The notes under the pieces: generated by a model
The model's input: only the letters and a program-made list of their open reading frames with translations
The model's database searches: none
Told to the model about the DNA's origin: nothing
Shown here: positions 39,027 to 49,562 of the stretch, piece after piece
How the letters are laid out: the number at the start of each line of letters is the position of its first letter
How positions within the stretch are numbered: the stretch's first letter is position 1
Program-made: the position numbers and the translations under genes
Origin: Candidatus Bathyarchaeia archaeon
GTDB taxonomy: Archaea; Thermoproteota; Bathyarchaeia; Bathyarchaeales; Bathycorpusculaceae
DNA: 64,000 nucleotides
Reading direction: 5' to 3'
Assembly (NCBI GenBank): GCA_050012255.1
Contig: JBEKHN010000009.1
Coordinates: forward strand, 1-64,000

Positions 39027-39743
39027 TTGAATATTGAAACTGAGTTGCTAATTTCAATACTGAAGTTGACAAAAGACGGGCCTGTTTCACAAGAAGTAAT
39101 CAATAAGGAGCTCAGGGTCCCGGCAAGTCTTGTAGAGAGATTGCTTCGAAAACTGCAAAGTGATGATCTCATTTATCTCCATGGGAGCATAGTGCAGGCT
39201 AGTAGCGTGCAACGCCTTCGCTTGGCTGTTCGCGGGCTAGAATCAGGTGGCGACATTGAAAGAGTGAGCGGTTTTCTTCAGTGGAAAGAGTTTGAAGGCA
39301 TGGCCGCGGTTGCCTTAGAGAGCAATGGTTACACTGTGGTGAGGAATCTGCACTTTAAACATGGTGGCCGCAGATGGGAAATAGACATCGTCGGCTGGAA
39401 GAGTCCAATAGTCGTGTGTTTGGACTGCAAAGACTGGCACCATGGACTACAAGGGTCAGCAGCAGAGAAGATTGCTGAGCAGCAGACAGAACGAACGCGC
39501 GCGCTGGTTATGTCGTTGCCAAATCCGGCTGTAAAGATCGAGTTCCTTTCTTGCGGCACCGCAAAGTTCGTGCCTGCCGTCTTGTCTCTCACCTTTGACA
39601 AGTTCAAATTCTACAAGGGAGTTCCCGTCGTCCCAGTCCTTCAACTGCAGGATTTTCTAAATCAACTGCCGGCCTACGCGGACTCGTTGCTTTGCCTCGG
39701 CGCAAATGGCCTGAAAGATTATGCTAGAAACAGCCTTCAGTGA
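39027..39743 (+). CDS. wHTH plus Mrr/NERD-like PD-(D/E)xK nuclease
   Basis: WKEFE, EIDIV and LDCKDW motifs. Confidence 0.82.
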   Translation: MNIETELLISILKLTKDGPVSQEVINKELRVPASLVERLLRKLQSDDLIYLHGSIVQASSVQRLRLAVRGLESGGDIERVSGFLQWKEFEGMAAVALESNGYTVVRNLHFKHGGRRWEIDIVGWKSPIVVCLDCKDWHHGLQGSAAEKIAEQQTERTRALVMSLPNPAVKIEFLSCGTAKFVPAVLSLTFDKFKFYKGVPVVPVLQLQDFLNQLPAYADSLLCLGANGLKDYARNSLQ

Positions 39744-39765
39744 GATCGCTTTTCGCAAGAATCGG

Positions 39766-41628
39766 TCATGTTTGCCTCATCATCTCAAGCAAAGGCTTCC
39801 TCGCAAATCTTAAGGCGGGGTAAAGGCTTGAAACGAACGTTGCTACCAAGGCGACCGTCAGCAACCCCGAGATCTCGAAGACAGTGTAGACCGTGACGAG
39901 CGGTTCTTGAACCAAAATCAGCAAAGTGGCGATTATGCCAAAGGCTATCCCGACACCGTAGCTCGACAGCAGGACAAGCAGGCTCTGTCCAGAAACGACG
40001 TGGAGAACCATGCTAGGCCTCGCTCCTACAGCCCTTAGAACGCCGAATTCTTGGCGCTGCTCATCCACGGCCAGCATCACATAGCCCACTAAACAGAGTG
40101 AAGCCGCGACTAACGAGAACAAGGGCAGAATCATCACCGTTGACCACATATAGCCCACGAAGCCGAGGCACTTGTTTAATACGTCGTTGAGGTCAAAGAC
40201 TGCAAATTCTGGGTTCACTGCGTTGACAGTCGCCCTTAATTGATTCAAGAAGGTTGCTCGGTCAGCCGATGGGTCAGATTTCAGCAGAACAACGTTTGGT
40301 CCGAGCACGCCTGATGCGCTCTGCAGCGCCTCGAAGGAGACGTAAGCAACCTTCCCGTTGTTGATGGGATCAAGGCAAACACCGACGACGGTTAGACCCC
40401 TGCCAAGCACTCTCAACCCCTGGGCCAATGGGTCAGAGAACAAATTCTTGGAGAGAGTATCGCCCACGACGACCTCCCACGTCGCGTTCAGGAAACTGCC
40501 ATCCAGAACCCAATCATTCAACGTTCTTCCAGGTTCGACGCCCACCACGAGGGAATGCCCCGTCCGAGAATCTCCAACGGTCGTGATGTTCGCCGAGGTC
40601 TCCCCATAGACATATCCTTGAACTTCTGCCACGGGCGCTTCAAGAACGATGCGAGCATCGATACGGCTATCCCCGTACGAAGAGGAAAGATTCTTGAGGA
40701 GATTCTCAGGTATGACGTATCTTTCATCAGTGTAATTGAACTGTGTAGCGGTGCTTCCCTCATAGAATTCCTTCAGCAGCAGTTCATACTGCGCGCCCAC
40801 GTCTTGATGCGCGATCAAAACTGTGTTTCTGCCTATGGCTTTTTCAACCCAGCTTTCTGTGGTCTGATCGGCTATCAGTCCTCCTGCAACGCCGACAGTA
40901 ACGAGTGTGAAGACGATACTCAGGCAGACCACGATCTTGACAGTCGCAGACTTGTGACGTATGAGGCTTCTCAGAGCAACTCTGAAGGCTAGGCTTGACT
41001 TTGAGACCACCTTAAAACTCGACCCCTTGCCCAGTCCAAGGTAGTACGTGGGTGAAACTGCTTTGGCCGGCTCAACTCTCGAAGCGCTGTAGACGGGCTT
41101 GGCACCGACAACCAATGCGATGACAAAGTACAAGGCGAACACGCCAAGAACTAGCCACAAGTCTAAGGGCACCTGCGGGGCCTGAAGACCTAGGCTACCA
41201 AAAACACTTGTTGAGGCAAAGTCCGCCAGCAAACCTAGCAAGATTCCGAAGAAGCAGCCAGAAAAGATGACGACTAAGAGTTCGGTGAGAAAATAGCCGA
41301 AGACCAAGTCGTTTGGACACCCCGCCGCCTTCATGAGTCCAATGTCCTTTATCCTCCGAGAAATCATCAAGGAAGTCATGAAAGACACCATGACCGCGCC
41401 GGCAATGAGAATCAAAACGACCAGCAGCAGGATGAAAGGAGAGAAGACAGCGGAAAAGCCCGCCGTCAGTTTGCCCTCAACCATCAGCGAAACGCTGAAC
41501 CCGATCCTTTCTGCAAAAAGAAGTAGGAAAAGGGTTGAAGCGACAGACAACGCCAGACTAACGACGACCAGAGCTGTCTGAAGCTTCCTTCGAAGCAGGT
41601 CATTGATCGGAAAGGATGTTTCACTCAT
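39766..41628 (-). CDS. FtsX/MacB-like ABC permease
   Basis: RIKDIGLMKAAG and EFGVLRAVGA repeats; large extracellular domain. Confidence 0.9.
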   Translation of the reverse strand: MSETSFPINDLLRRKLQTALVVVSLALSVASTLFLLLFAERIGFSVSLMVEGKLTAGFSAVFSPFILLLVVLILIAGAVMVSFMTSLMISRRIKDIGLMKAAGCPNDLVFGYFLTELLVVIFSGCFFGILLGLLADFASTSVFGSLGLQAPQVPLDLWLVLGVFALYFVIALVVGAKPVYSASRVEPAKAVSPTYYLGLGKGSSFKVVSKSSLAFRVALRSLIRHKSATVKIVVCLSIVFTLVTVGVAGGLIADQTTESWVEKAIGRNTVLIAHQDVGAQYELLLKEFYEGSTATQFNYTDERYVIPENLLKNLSSSYGDSRIDARIVLEAPVAEVQGYVYGETSANITTVGDSRTGHSLVVGVEPGRTLNDWVLDGSFLNATWEVVVGDTLSKNLFSDPLAQGLRVLGRGLTVVGVCLDPINNGKVAYVSFEALQSASGVLGPNVVLLKSDPSADRATFLNQLRATVNAVNPEFAVFDLNDVLNKCLGFVGYMWSTVMILPLFSLVAASLCLVGYVMLAVDEQRQEFGVLRAVGARPSMVLHVVSGQSLLVLLSSYGVGIAFGIIATLLILVQEPLVTVYTVFEISGLLTVALVATFVSSLYPALRFARKPLLEMMRQT

Positions 41629-42319
41629 TCTGAGTCATCAGCTTTCCGTCTTCTAACCAAAGCTTTTGGTCTGCCAGCTTGGAGATCCCTTCGTCGTGAG
41701 TGGCAACGATGATTGTTTTTCCCTCATTTTTCAAAGTCTGTAATATTTGCACGATCTTGGCACTTGTTTTCTTGTCCAGGTTTCCAGTTGGTTCATCAAC
41801 GAGGAGCAACGGTGGGTTGTTAGCTAATGCACGAGCAAATGCGACGCGTTGCTGCTCACCGCCGCTGAGCTGAAACGGAAAGTGCTCTGACCTCTGCTGG
41901 AGGCCCACAACTTCTAGGAGCTCGTCGACAAGCTTCCTTATCTGATCTTCAGGTTTCCTCAGCCACTCCATCGGGAATGCAACATTTTCGGCTACAGTAA
42001 GAGTTGAAACTAGGTTGTAGGACTGAAAAACGAAACCGACCTTTGTACATCTGAAATTGGCCAAGAAATCTTCGTCTCTTGCCGCCAGATCCTCTGAAAA
42101 GACGACGATTTTCCCGCTTGTCGGCTTGTCGATGCCGCCGATTATGTTAAGGAGTGTTGTCTTGCCCGAGCCTGAGGGACCACCAACAACCGTGAATTCG
42201 CCCTCTCCAACCTTCAAGTCTACGTCTTTTAAGACTTCGACTTTTGAATCGGTCGTCTCGTATGTTTTACAGAGGACAGATGCTTGGACCGCTGCTTCGG
42301 AAGTCTTCATTCCAATCAT
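41621..42319 (-). CDS. LolD/MacB-like ABC ATP-binding protein
   Basis: [25 protein letters not shown] and ATHD motifs. Confidence 0.95.
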   Translation of the reverse strand: MIGMKTSEAAVQASVLCKTYETTDSKVEVLKDVDLKVGEGEFTVVGGPSGSGKTTLLNIIGGIDKPTSGKIVVFSEDLAARDEDFLANFRCTKVGFVFQSYNLVSTLTVAENVAFPMEWLRKPEDQIRKLVDELLEVVGLQQRSEHFPFQLSGGEQQRVAFARALANNPPLLLVDEPTGNLDKKTSAKIVQILQTLKNEGKTIIVATHDEGISKLADQKLWLEDGKLMTQNE

Positions 42320-42747
42320 CCTCCTCTTGTCATGTCGATGTTTCCTCTGTCGCGCTTCAGAATCCTTACCTTCTCTTGAAGTTTTCCCTTCTCGTAGTCT
42401 CTCCAGCCTATTTCCTTAAAGATCCATTTCTTGCCGAGATGAGCAGCGAGCACGGCATGTTTATGCTCATTATCCACGGGGATGAGCTCGTTAAGAAACC
42501 TGAAGAGTTTTTCGATCTGCTGTTTAGGGAAGTAGGCATAGTATCCTGCGTTCTTGACCTCGAAGGCGTACATGTCCAAGCCTCTTCTGGCCATGATGTC
42601 TGGCAAGGGGTTGAGGCTCGGGTTGCTCACTGGAACCCGCACAGAATGGTAGCCGTTCTTCTGAAGAAGCTTCACCAGAGCGTTTTCGCTGTAAAAACCT
42701 CTTTTGCGCCATCTGCGAATCGCGTCTTTGTCGACCTGCCTGATCAT
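42316..42747 (-). CDS. Hjc-like Holliday junction resolvase family nuclease
   Basis: RG..SE, RVPVS, PDIMA and FEVK motifs. Confidence 0.82.
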   Translation of the reverse strand: MIRQVDKDAIRRWRKRGFYSENALVKLLQKNGYHSVRVPVSNPSLNPLPDIMARRGLDMYAFEVKNAGYYAYFPKQQIEKLFRFLNELIPVDNEHKHAVLAAHLGKKWIFKEIGWRDYEKGKLQEKVRILKRDRGNIDMTRGG

Positions 42748-42927
42748 CAGAAGCCTCTTGTTCCCAGCGACTACAGCGTATTGTTGGTAACCTAGAGATA
42801 AAAAAGTATTGAGCCTGTGGTTGCGTGTGCCGCGAACATGGCGATTTGAGGAATCGGAAGAGTCTAGCCAAGAAAACTGAAGAATTCCCGAGGGCTGTAA
42901 GAGGTAGCTGAAAAATTTGTCCGGGTG

Positions 42928-45237
42928 CTAAATTCTGGCGTTTCTCGGAGCGTTAGTCCGCACGTTGCGCCTCCAAGCCTGGCCTGGAACCTTGAGCACA
43001 GGCGTCTCAACGAGGCACGCCTTCAAATAATCATCCAAGGTCGCCGCAGGAGCGACTTCAATCTTGTAGTCCCTGACGTCGATGGAATTCTCATAGTTTT
43101 TTTGCGGAATGACAACTTTCTTGAACCCCCATGCTTCGGCGGACTTGATCTTCTGGTAGACGCCTCCGACGGCCGTTACCTGAATGGATTCTCCAACGCC
43201 AAGGTTGATTTCTCCGGTGACCGCAACGTCCTGTCTTATCGGTTTTCCCTCGATGAGCGAGCACAGCAGAATCGCCATCGTAACGCCCGCTGATGGCCCA
43301 TCTATGCCGTAAGACTGGGCAAAATCGATGTGGGTGAGATAGTCCTGCGCGATGTCCACGTTGTACTTCTGCAGAATCACGCTTCTGACTTTGGCTATGC
43401 TGTCTGAAATGAAGCTCTGACCTTTGGCGGCCCCCGTCACTTTGTAGTATCCTTTGAAGGAGTAGTCTCTTGCAAGCGCGCTTCTCTTGACCATTTGGGC
43501 CTTCACGTTCAGCACGCTACCCGTCATTTCACCACTGTAGGGGTCCTGGACAACGGCTAGGCCGTGTATTTGTCCCAGCTTAGCTCCGTTTGGTTCGATC
43601 TCCAGGAGCTTCCCCCTCTCTTGCATACTGTGCTCGAGTATCTGCGTCTGGATGGTCTTACAATGCTGTTCAACAGCTTCAATCACATATCTTCTTTCCA
43701 CGATCGCAGTATTCTCATTCATCGCCAGCGTCGATGCGGTCTTAAGAATCGAAATCAACGGTCTGAACTTTGTTGTTAACGCGTACTTTTTGTCGCTTCT
43801 GCGTCTGCCTTCCTCAACTATTTCCTCGCATGCGTCTCTGCTGAACGGGATAAGGTTGAAACGTTTGACCTCCTGCGCTATGAACTGCACGTACCTGCGT
43901 CTGTTTTCGATGGTGTTCGGCATGTCGTTGTTCATCCGCACGACTTTGCCGTACCCGTAAATTCTGTCCATAAGAGCAGGATGAATCTGTCCTATACTGT
44001 CAAAGTTCCCAGCGCCGACAAGAAACGTTATCGAAGGAACAGGTTCAGTTGAAACGGCCATTGCCGCCGTGTCTCCACCGTTGAATCTGCCTCGCAAAGT
44101 TATCGGCAGCTGCCCGTCTTCCAGCACTGTCAGCAGCGTTACCGCTTCCTCAGCGTCAAGGTTCTTTATCTCGTCGATGTAAAGGATGCCTAAAGACGCC
44201 ACTTGCACGTCTCCAGCACTAACCCTCTGATGCTCAGGAGTGCCCAAGCCGCCAGTTTGATACGGATCCCAAGCTATTGAACCGAAAAGCTGGGCAGTCC
44301 GGTGTCCCGTCGCGTCAATAAAAGGCGCATAGCCGGAACTGTTGTCGACGATCAACTTCGGAGCGTCAGACTGTTGGGCGCCTCCGATACCCTTGAGGTT
44401 TGCCATCCCGCCCATCTTGGAAAACCACCACATGAACACTCCGAAGAACACCAGGCTTCCACCTGGGATGAAAGTTAGAGGAACCAGGCCCACGAACTTT
44501 GCGATGAGATAATCTACGAAACTGTTGCCATAGAATTCCTGAAGAGTCTGGCCCGAATAGGGCGGGTTCGACTGCCAAGTAACCCAGCCCTGGTAGATGA
44601 AGTAAAACCCGAGGCTAATCAAGAACAAGCCCATCGTCACCATCAAAATCTGCAGGGTCTTGAACCCTACCCTCGTGAGGAATTTCCTCTTAAGGTCCTT
44701 GAGCTGTTCTTTATGAACGATCTTCTTTCCTTCACCAGCCTTGTGGATCGAAATCTTGGGTTGACTGGGCAACAGCGAGTTTTTCCAACAAAGCGCGTCG
44801 GCCAATCGTATGCCGTTTTCGTTGTACACCTGCGTCAACTTTTCTGACAGGGCCCTACCGATCAGCGATTTCCCTGTTCCAGGATCTCCCAGCAGCATGA
44901 GATAGGGTCCAGGACTGATCAGCGTCTTGACAGAGGCTTTAGACTTGTCAGGACTGCTCCAGTTCTCGTACCACTTGTTCTTCTCTAACCACTTGAGCTT
45001 GTGCACCCACTCATCCAGGCATAAGAAACATTCTTTCAGGGCCTGGTCTTGTCCGATGGCCCAGTTTATCAGGTTGTCATCAACAGGAAAGCCTTCAGTG
45101 CTCCTGAAGTTTCCCCAGTCCCAATTTACACTGACTCTCCTTCCGTTGACTTTCCTCTCGAGGGTTTCAACGTCATCTCCAAAACAGCCTGGGGGCAAGA
45201 CTGGCACCTTTGCTATCCCTTCTCTGTCAAAAAACAC
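42928..45237 (-). CDS. lonB: LonB-type membrane-anchored ATP-dependent protease
   Basis: GDPGTGKS, two TM helices inside the AAA+ domain, ILYIDEI, DGPSAG (Ser) and GGVYQK (Lys). Confidence 0.9.
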   Translation of the reverse strand: MFFDREGIAKVPVLPPGCFGDDVETLERKVNGRRVSVNWDWGNFRSTEGFPVDDNLINWAIGQDQALKECFLCLDEWVHKLKWLEKNKWYENWSSPDKSKASVKTLISPGPYLMLLGDPGTGKSLIGRALSEKLTQVYNENGIRLADALCWKNSLLPSQPKISIHKAGEGKKIVHKEQLKDLKRKFLTRVGFKTLQILMVTMGLFLISLGFYFIYQGWVTWQSNPPYSGQTLQEFYGNSFVDYLIAKFVGLVPLTFIPGGSLVFFGVFMWWFSKMGGMANLKGIGGAQQSDAPKLIVDNSSGYAPFIDATGHRTAQLFGSIAWDPYQTGGLGTPEHQRVSAGDVQVASLGILYIDEIKNLDAEEAVTLLTVLEDGQLPITLRGRFNGGDTAAMAVSTEPVPSITFLVGAGNFDSIGQIHPALMDRIYGYGKVVRMNNDMPNTIENRRRYVQFIAQEVKRFNLIPFSRDACEEIVEEGRRRSDKKYALTTKFRPLISILKTASTLAMNENTAIVERRYVIEAVEQHCKTIQTQILEHSMQERGKLLEIEPNGAKLGQIHGLAVVQDPYSGEMTGSVLNVKAQMVKRSALARDYSFKGYYKVTGAAKGQSFISDSIAKVRSVILQKYNVDIAQDYLTHIDFAQSYGIDGPSAGVTMAILLCSLIEGKPIRQDVAVTGEINLGVGESIQVTAVGGVYQKIKSAEAWGFKKVVIPQKNYENSIDVRDYKIEVAPAATLDDYLKACLVETPVLKVPGQAWRRNVRTNAPRNARI

Positions 45238-46269
45238 AGCGCGATGAGCAATTAAAGTGGTATTTCAAAATCAGCAATATGAAGAAACTGATAACATGAG
45301 CTTCTAACCATGCAGACTGCGCGGTTCGAAGGAGGCTACGCTTTGAAAGCGTTTCGAAAACCGACAGCGCCATTTTCATTAAAACGGCGAATTCCCAACA
45401 TAAACCCTGTAAAACAGGCCAGATGAGAGTACGAAGTTCAGCCGTAAAACTACCCTTCAGCAACAGCTGACAGTTTTTCGCAGCGGACACGAGACAGAGA
45501 ACCCCAAAGCAAGCTCCCTTGAGCGAAAGCAAAGAGATTTTGGCCAGTTTCTCTCACTCTTGAGGACAAGACATGGACTTCGCTGGGGCCTCATATAAAT
45601 ACCGACGAAAATCTCCATGCGAACCCAGCGGCCTCGACCTTCGTAACTACTTCGACCCTTTCCGATGATTTAGAGCTGAATCGTTAACAGACCTGACCAA
45701 CACTCATATGACTCCAAGTACTGCACGTGCTGTTTGCCTAGGGTGTACTGTGAGATAGTGCCTTGTGAACCTAAATCGTTCTCACACGTGTCCTGCGCAC
45801 AAGTTCTCTGGCCCGTCGGCCACCGCCTTTTAGGGCAGAACCCGCTCTATTGAGCAGGCATTGGACAGTGTGTTAGCCGATGTCCGGACTGACTCTTGGA
45901 GATGCTATTGTCTACGCCAGCATCCCTAGGTCGACGCAGATTCGGGGGTTTTCACCAACTTCTGCGGGGCGGATTTGAGAATCAATGAAGCCAAATTCTG
46001 GCGTCTCCCCCATGAGTGCACATGTTTGTACTGTCGACTGTAGGCCAAGAGTGCGAAATTCTGGTCTGCTTTAGATATCCAAATTACTTGCTGGTGGCCT
46101 TAGTGACCACTGTATTACAAGCGTTTTTAACATGTCACCAAAGCCCTCAGCTTTGCACGAGGCGCAGGGCCGCGTATACGAAAACATCAACCCGGTCACT
46201 TCGTGTCGGGGGTTAATTAAGGCGAGCCGTTTGAAAAGGTATTAAAGTTGTGCTGCCTTAGCTTGGCTT

Positions 46270-46818
46270 ATGAAGTCAGGCAAAATCCTCGAGACTTTCT
46301 CTGTTAAAGACGGGCGCAGGGTTGTCTTGAGAACTCCAAAGTGGGAAGGCCTGGACGACTTGTTGGAACTCATTAACTCGTTTGTGGAGGAGAAGGCTGA
46401 GGTGATTGTGGACGAGAAGTTGTCAAGGGAACAAGAGGCTGAGTGGCTTTCAGGCGTGCTTCTTCGTCTGGAAAAGGATCAGATCTTTTTCTTGGTTGCA
46501 GAGGCGGATGGAAAGGTTGTTGCGTCTTCTGACCTCCACGTGGGTAAAGGCTCCGAGAAGCGTTCTGGTGCAGTTGGCATAGTTGTCAAGAGCGGTTTTA
46601 GGAATTTGGGAATTGGAACCCGGGTCATGCGAGCTATGCTGAAGGAAGCCCAAAGGATCGGTTTGAAGGTTCTGGTGCTTTCTGTCTTTGCAACCAGTAA
46701 GCATGCGATTCATGTTTATGAGAAGGTTGGGTTTGTGCAGACTGGTCGGGTTCCGAAAAAGCATTTCAAGCAAGGTAAGTACATAGACGAGATAGCGATG
46801 GCAAAACTGTTGGAGTGA
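46270..46818 (+). CDS. GNAT acetyltransferase
   Basis: FRNLGIGT and YEKVGF motifs. Confidence 0.92.
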   Translation: MKSGKILETFSVKDGRRVVLRTPKWEGLDDLLELINSFVEEKAEVIVDEKLSREQEAEWLSGVLLRLEKDQIFFLVAEADGKVVASSDLHVGKGSEKRSGAVGIVVKSGFRNLGIGTRVMRAMLKEAQRIGLKVLVLSVFATSKHAIHVYEKVGFVQTGRVPKKHFKQGKYIDEIAMAKLLE

Positions 46819-46825
46819 GAGGCTC

Positions 46826-47242
46826 GTGCCTGGATGTAAAGTGTTTAGCACAACTCACAGTTTTTCTACGGAGGGCGAGATAGAGTTTATCGACTTGACA
46901 GACGAAGTCCAGGAAGCCGTTGCTAAGTCTGGCGTCAAGGAAGGTTTGGTACACGTGTTCGCGCCGCACGCGACGGGCGTGCTGGTCTTGACCGAGAACG
47001 AGTACGGCCTGTTAGGGGACATTAAAATGCTTCTAGAGAAGCTTGTTCCAAAATATGGGAACTATGGGCACCCTTCGAACGCGCACTCGCATCTGAGGTC
47101 AGTTTTGTTTCCGCCTGACAGGACGATGCCGGTGATTGATGGTCACGTCGAATTTGGGACATGGCAGTCTCTGCTCTTCGTGGAGACGGACACTCATCCG
47201 AGAAGGAGAACCGTGATCATACAGGTTATAGGTGAACAATGA
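46826..47242 (+). CDS. yjbQ: YjbQ/UPF0047 family protein
   Basis: PHAT, ENE, NAHSHL and GTWQ motifs. Confidence 0.92.
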   Translation: MPGCKVFSTTHSFSTEGEIEFIDLTDEVQEAVAKSGVKEGLVHVFAPHATGVLVLTENEYGLLGDIKMLLEKLVPKYGNYGHPSNAHSHLRSVLFPPDRTMPVIDGHVEFGTWQSLLFVETDTHPRRRTVIIQVIGEQ

Positions 47243-48023
47243 TTTGACCTATGGCGAGCTGAAGGGCGGGGCGCTCAGGTGGGCCACGGAGTTCCGCTTT
47301 GGTCTCAGCCCAGCAACGATGCCCGCTAGCGTCGTGATTAGCCCTGTGAATGTTGACGAGTGTTTCGAGGATTTTCAGACAACCATGACCTCGAAAGCCT
47401 TGGACTCTAAGAGAGTTGGAAGCGGTTTCTTGGTTTGGAATGATCAGAAATCGGCTCTGTTCTGTGAGGGTGGTACGGGAGCGTCAAATTTCGCGGACTC
47501 AACCATTGTTCTTTGCCACTGCAGAAACGTGGAGGAGATACTTTTCGTCGGGACAGGCGGAGGAATAGGCAAGCGTGTGGAGACGGGGGACGCAAACATA
47601 CCGCCTTCCTGCATGCGACTCGATAAGGTGCCGGAGATAATCTTGCCGCCTGAAGCTCCAGCAGATGCCTACGAAGACCTGTGGAAAACGTTGAAGCTGA
47701 TGGTTGAAAAGGCCGTGAGAAGCCTTGGAATAAAGGTCCACGGAGGAGTTCATGCAACAGTACCGTTCTTCCTTTCAGAAACGAAGCAGCTCCTGACGAG
47801 GCTGCAGAGCCAAGGAGTTGTTTCAGTTGATATGGAGCTTTCGGTGCTGTACGCTCTAGCAGGCTATTACGGGAAGAAGGCGGCGGGCATAATTAGGATA
47901 GGGGACCTCCCTCTCAGAGGACTTCCTACGTGGAAGTCTCGATCGTACAAGGTGGAGCTCAAGAGAGAAGTCCATCGAAGAATCTTGGAGAGTGTAGTGA
48001 CTTACCTTTTTGAACAGTCGTAG
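47232..48023 (+). CDS. Nucleoside phosphorylase (PNP/UDP) family protein
   Basis: LFVGTGGG and SVDMELS motifs. Confidence 0.8.
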   Translation: MNNDLTYGELKGGALRWATEFRFGLSPATMPASVVISPVNVDECFEDFQTTMTSKALDSKRVGSGFLVWNDQKSALFCEGGTGASNFADSTIVLCHCRNVEEILFVGTGGGIGKRVETGDANIPPSCMRLDKVPEIILPPEAPADAYEDLWKTLKLMVEKAVRSLGIKVHGGVHATVPFFLSETKQLLTRLQSQGVVSVDMELSVLYALAGYYGKKAAGIIRIGDLPLRGLPTWKSRSYKVELKREVHRRILESVVTYLFEQS

Positions 48024-48707
48024 CAACCACGGCTCAGCCATTATGCATCGTGGAGCCACTCAAACTCTATGATGTTTCTTCACATTCTCTCGTTTTTTGC
48101 ACTAGACGAGTGCGCTGCATCCAGTACGCAACGCGTTCCACTTCGCCCCATCTTCCGGTCTACTCTAGTCTCCTTTGAGTTTGTCTGCACGCCTCTCGGT
48201 ATTCCCAGCACGCCAGTCTTTAGTTTGGTCTCTTTTTGTGTTACCTTCTAGGGATGGATGGGCTTCTGTTTCGAGGCGAGCATTTGAGTCGATGTCGAAT
48301 ACTTTCTTCTCGAGTGTTCAAGTCTCTGGTTCGGGTGACTTGTCGGCCAGACAGTATCTTCCACGGTTGATTTTAGAGTTTTAGCGCATTTCTCCACTCT
48401 TTTCATGTGGAATTTGAAGTCTCTATTTAAAAAACCTGGGCTTCGTGCTTTTTCGTATGTTCTCTGTTCTGAGAGTCTGTCTGGAACCTTTCTAGACTGC
48501 GTTTGAGGGTTCACAAGAAGCCTTGGGATCATGGTGTTCTTGCATTCAGCGTAGGGTGGGCTTCCTAAAAGAGCGCGGGTCTAGGACCACAGTCTTCCCT
48601 TTTTGTTCGTCCTTTTAAGGTTCGAGAATGTTCGTTGCTCATTTATTGTTTGACGGGTTCACGCACAAGAGTTATTAGCTTTCAATCGTCATTTCTCCGT
48701 TCGAGCG

Positions 48708-49562
48708 GTGTCACCTGGTTTGTCGTTTGAGATACAGGAATTGCTCGACATTATAAGAGTAATCGTTCTCGTGCATCTTCGCAAAGGAGCTCCAGTGGAG
48801 AAGTCCAGATTGAAACTGGAGATTGACAGGGTTTGCGCGGGCTATGCTTGTATCGAAAGGCGCGACCTCGACAATGCTCTCGGGCAAATGGCTTCCGAGG
48901 GACTCATCAGCGATTGCGGCCAGACGGTGCAACTCACTGAGCAAGGCGCAAGAATGGGCAACGAATGGGCAAGGTTGCTCTTGAGAAAGGAGCCGATTCT
49001 TGAAGTCGTGGCAGGATTAGTCGATGGTTCAATCACGGCGTTGGTCGTTATTCTTTCAGCCCTTTTTGCCGGTCTGGCTACGCGAGCAGCAGCTTTCGCT
49101 GCATCCTTGACTTTGTCGGCCGTTGCCGTGACGAACTTTTCAAGTTTTCTCCTCGGTGGAATAACCGAAGACCTGGCGGACATGATTACGCTTCGGACCT
49201 TGATGAATTACAGCCTCAGCGACATCGCCGACATGGCCGAGCGAGACAAGTCATTGATGCTGGTAAAGCACTTGTTCACCGTGCTGCACAAGGAGATAAG
49301 CAGGTCCAATCTGGTCGCTGCCTTAACCTGCAGCGTAACGACCTTTCTAGCAGGCATTCTCCCGATCCTGACTTACCTGACATTGCCAAGACCCTTCAAT
49401 ATTGCTCTGTCTCTTGTAATGGTCGCCATTGTTGTTGGGGTCTTCCTAGTCCGCTACCGCTCAGAAAGATCGCAAGTTCACTGGAAAACAACGTTACTTG
49501 AAACGACCGTCATCGTCGCCATCGCAGTAATAGTCTCATTGCTAATTGGCGGCAACGCATGA
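48708..49562 (+). CDS. VIT1/CCC1-like membrane protein with N-terminal wHTH-like domain
   Basis: GLVDG motif and about five TM segments; N-terminal L..M.SEGLI..VQLTEQG wing. Confidence 0.72.
   Translation: MSPGLSFEIQELLDIIRVIVLVHLRKGAPVEKSRLKLEIDRVCAGYACIERRDLDNALGQMASEGLISDCGQTVQLTEQGARMGNEWARLLLRKEPILEVVAGLVDGSITALVVILSALFAGLATRAAAFAASLTLSAVAVTNFSSFLLGGITEDLADMITLRTLMNYSLSDIADMAERDKSLMLVKHLFTVLHKEISRSNLVAALTCSVTTFLAGILPILTYLTLPRPFNIALSLVMVAIVVGVFLVRYRSERSQVHWKTTLLETTVIVAIAVIVSLLIGGNA

Noticed and set aside
48069-48532. Short ORFs between the phosphorylase and VIT1-like genes
   Set aside because: No motifs, and overlapping conflicting frames
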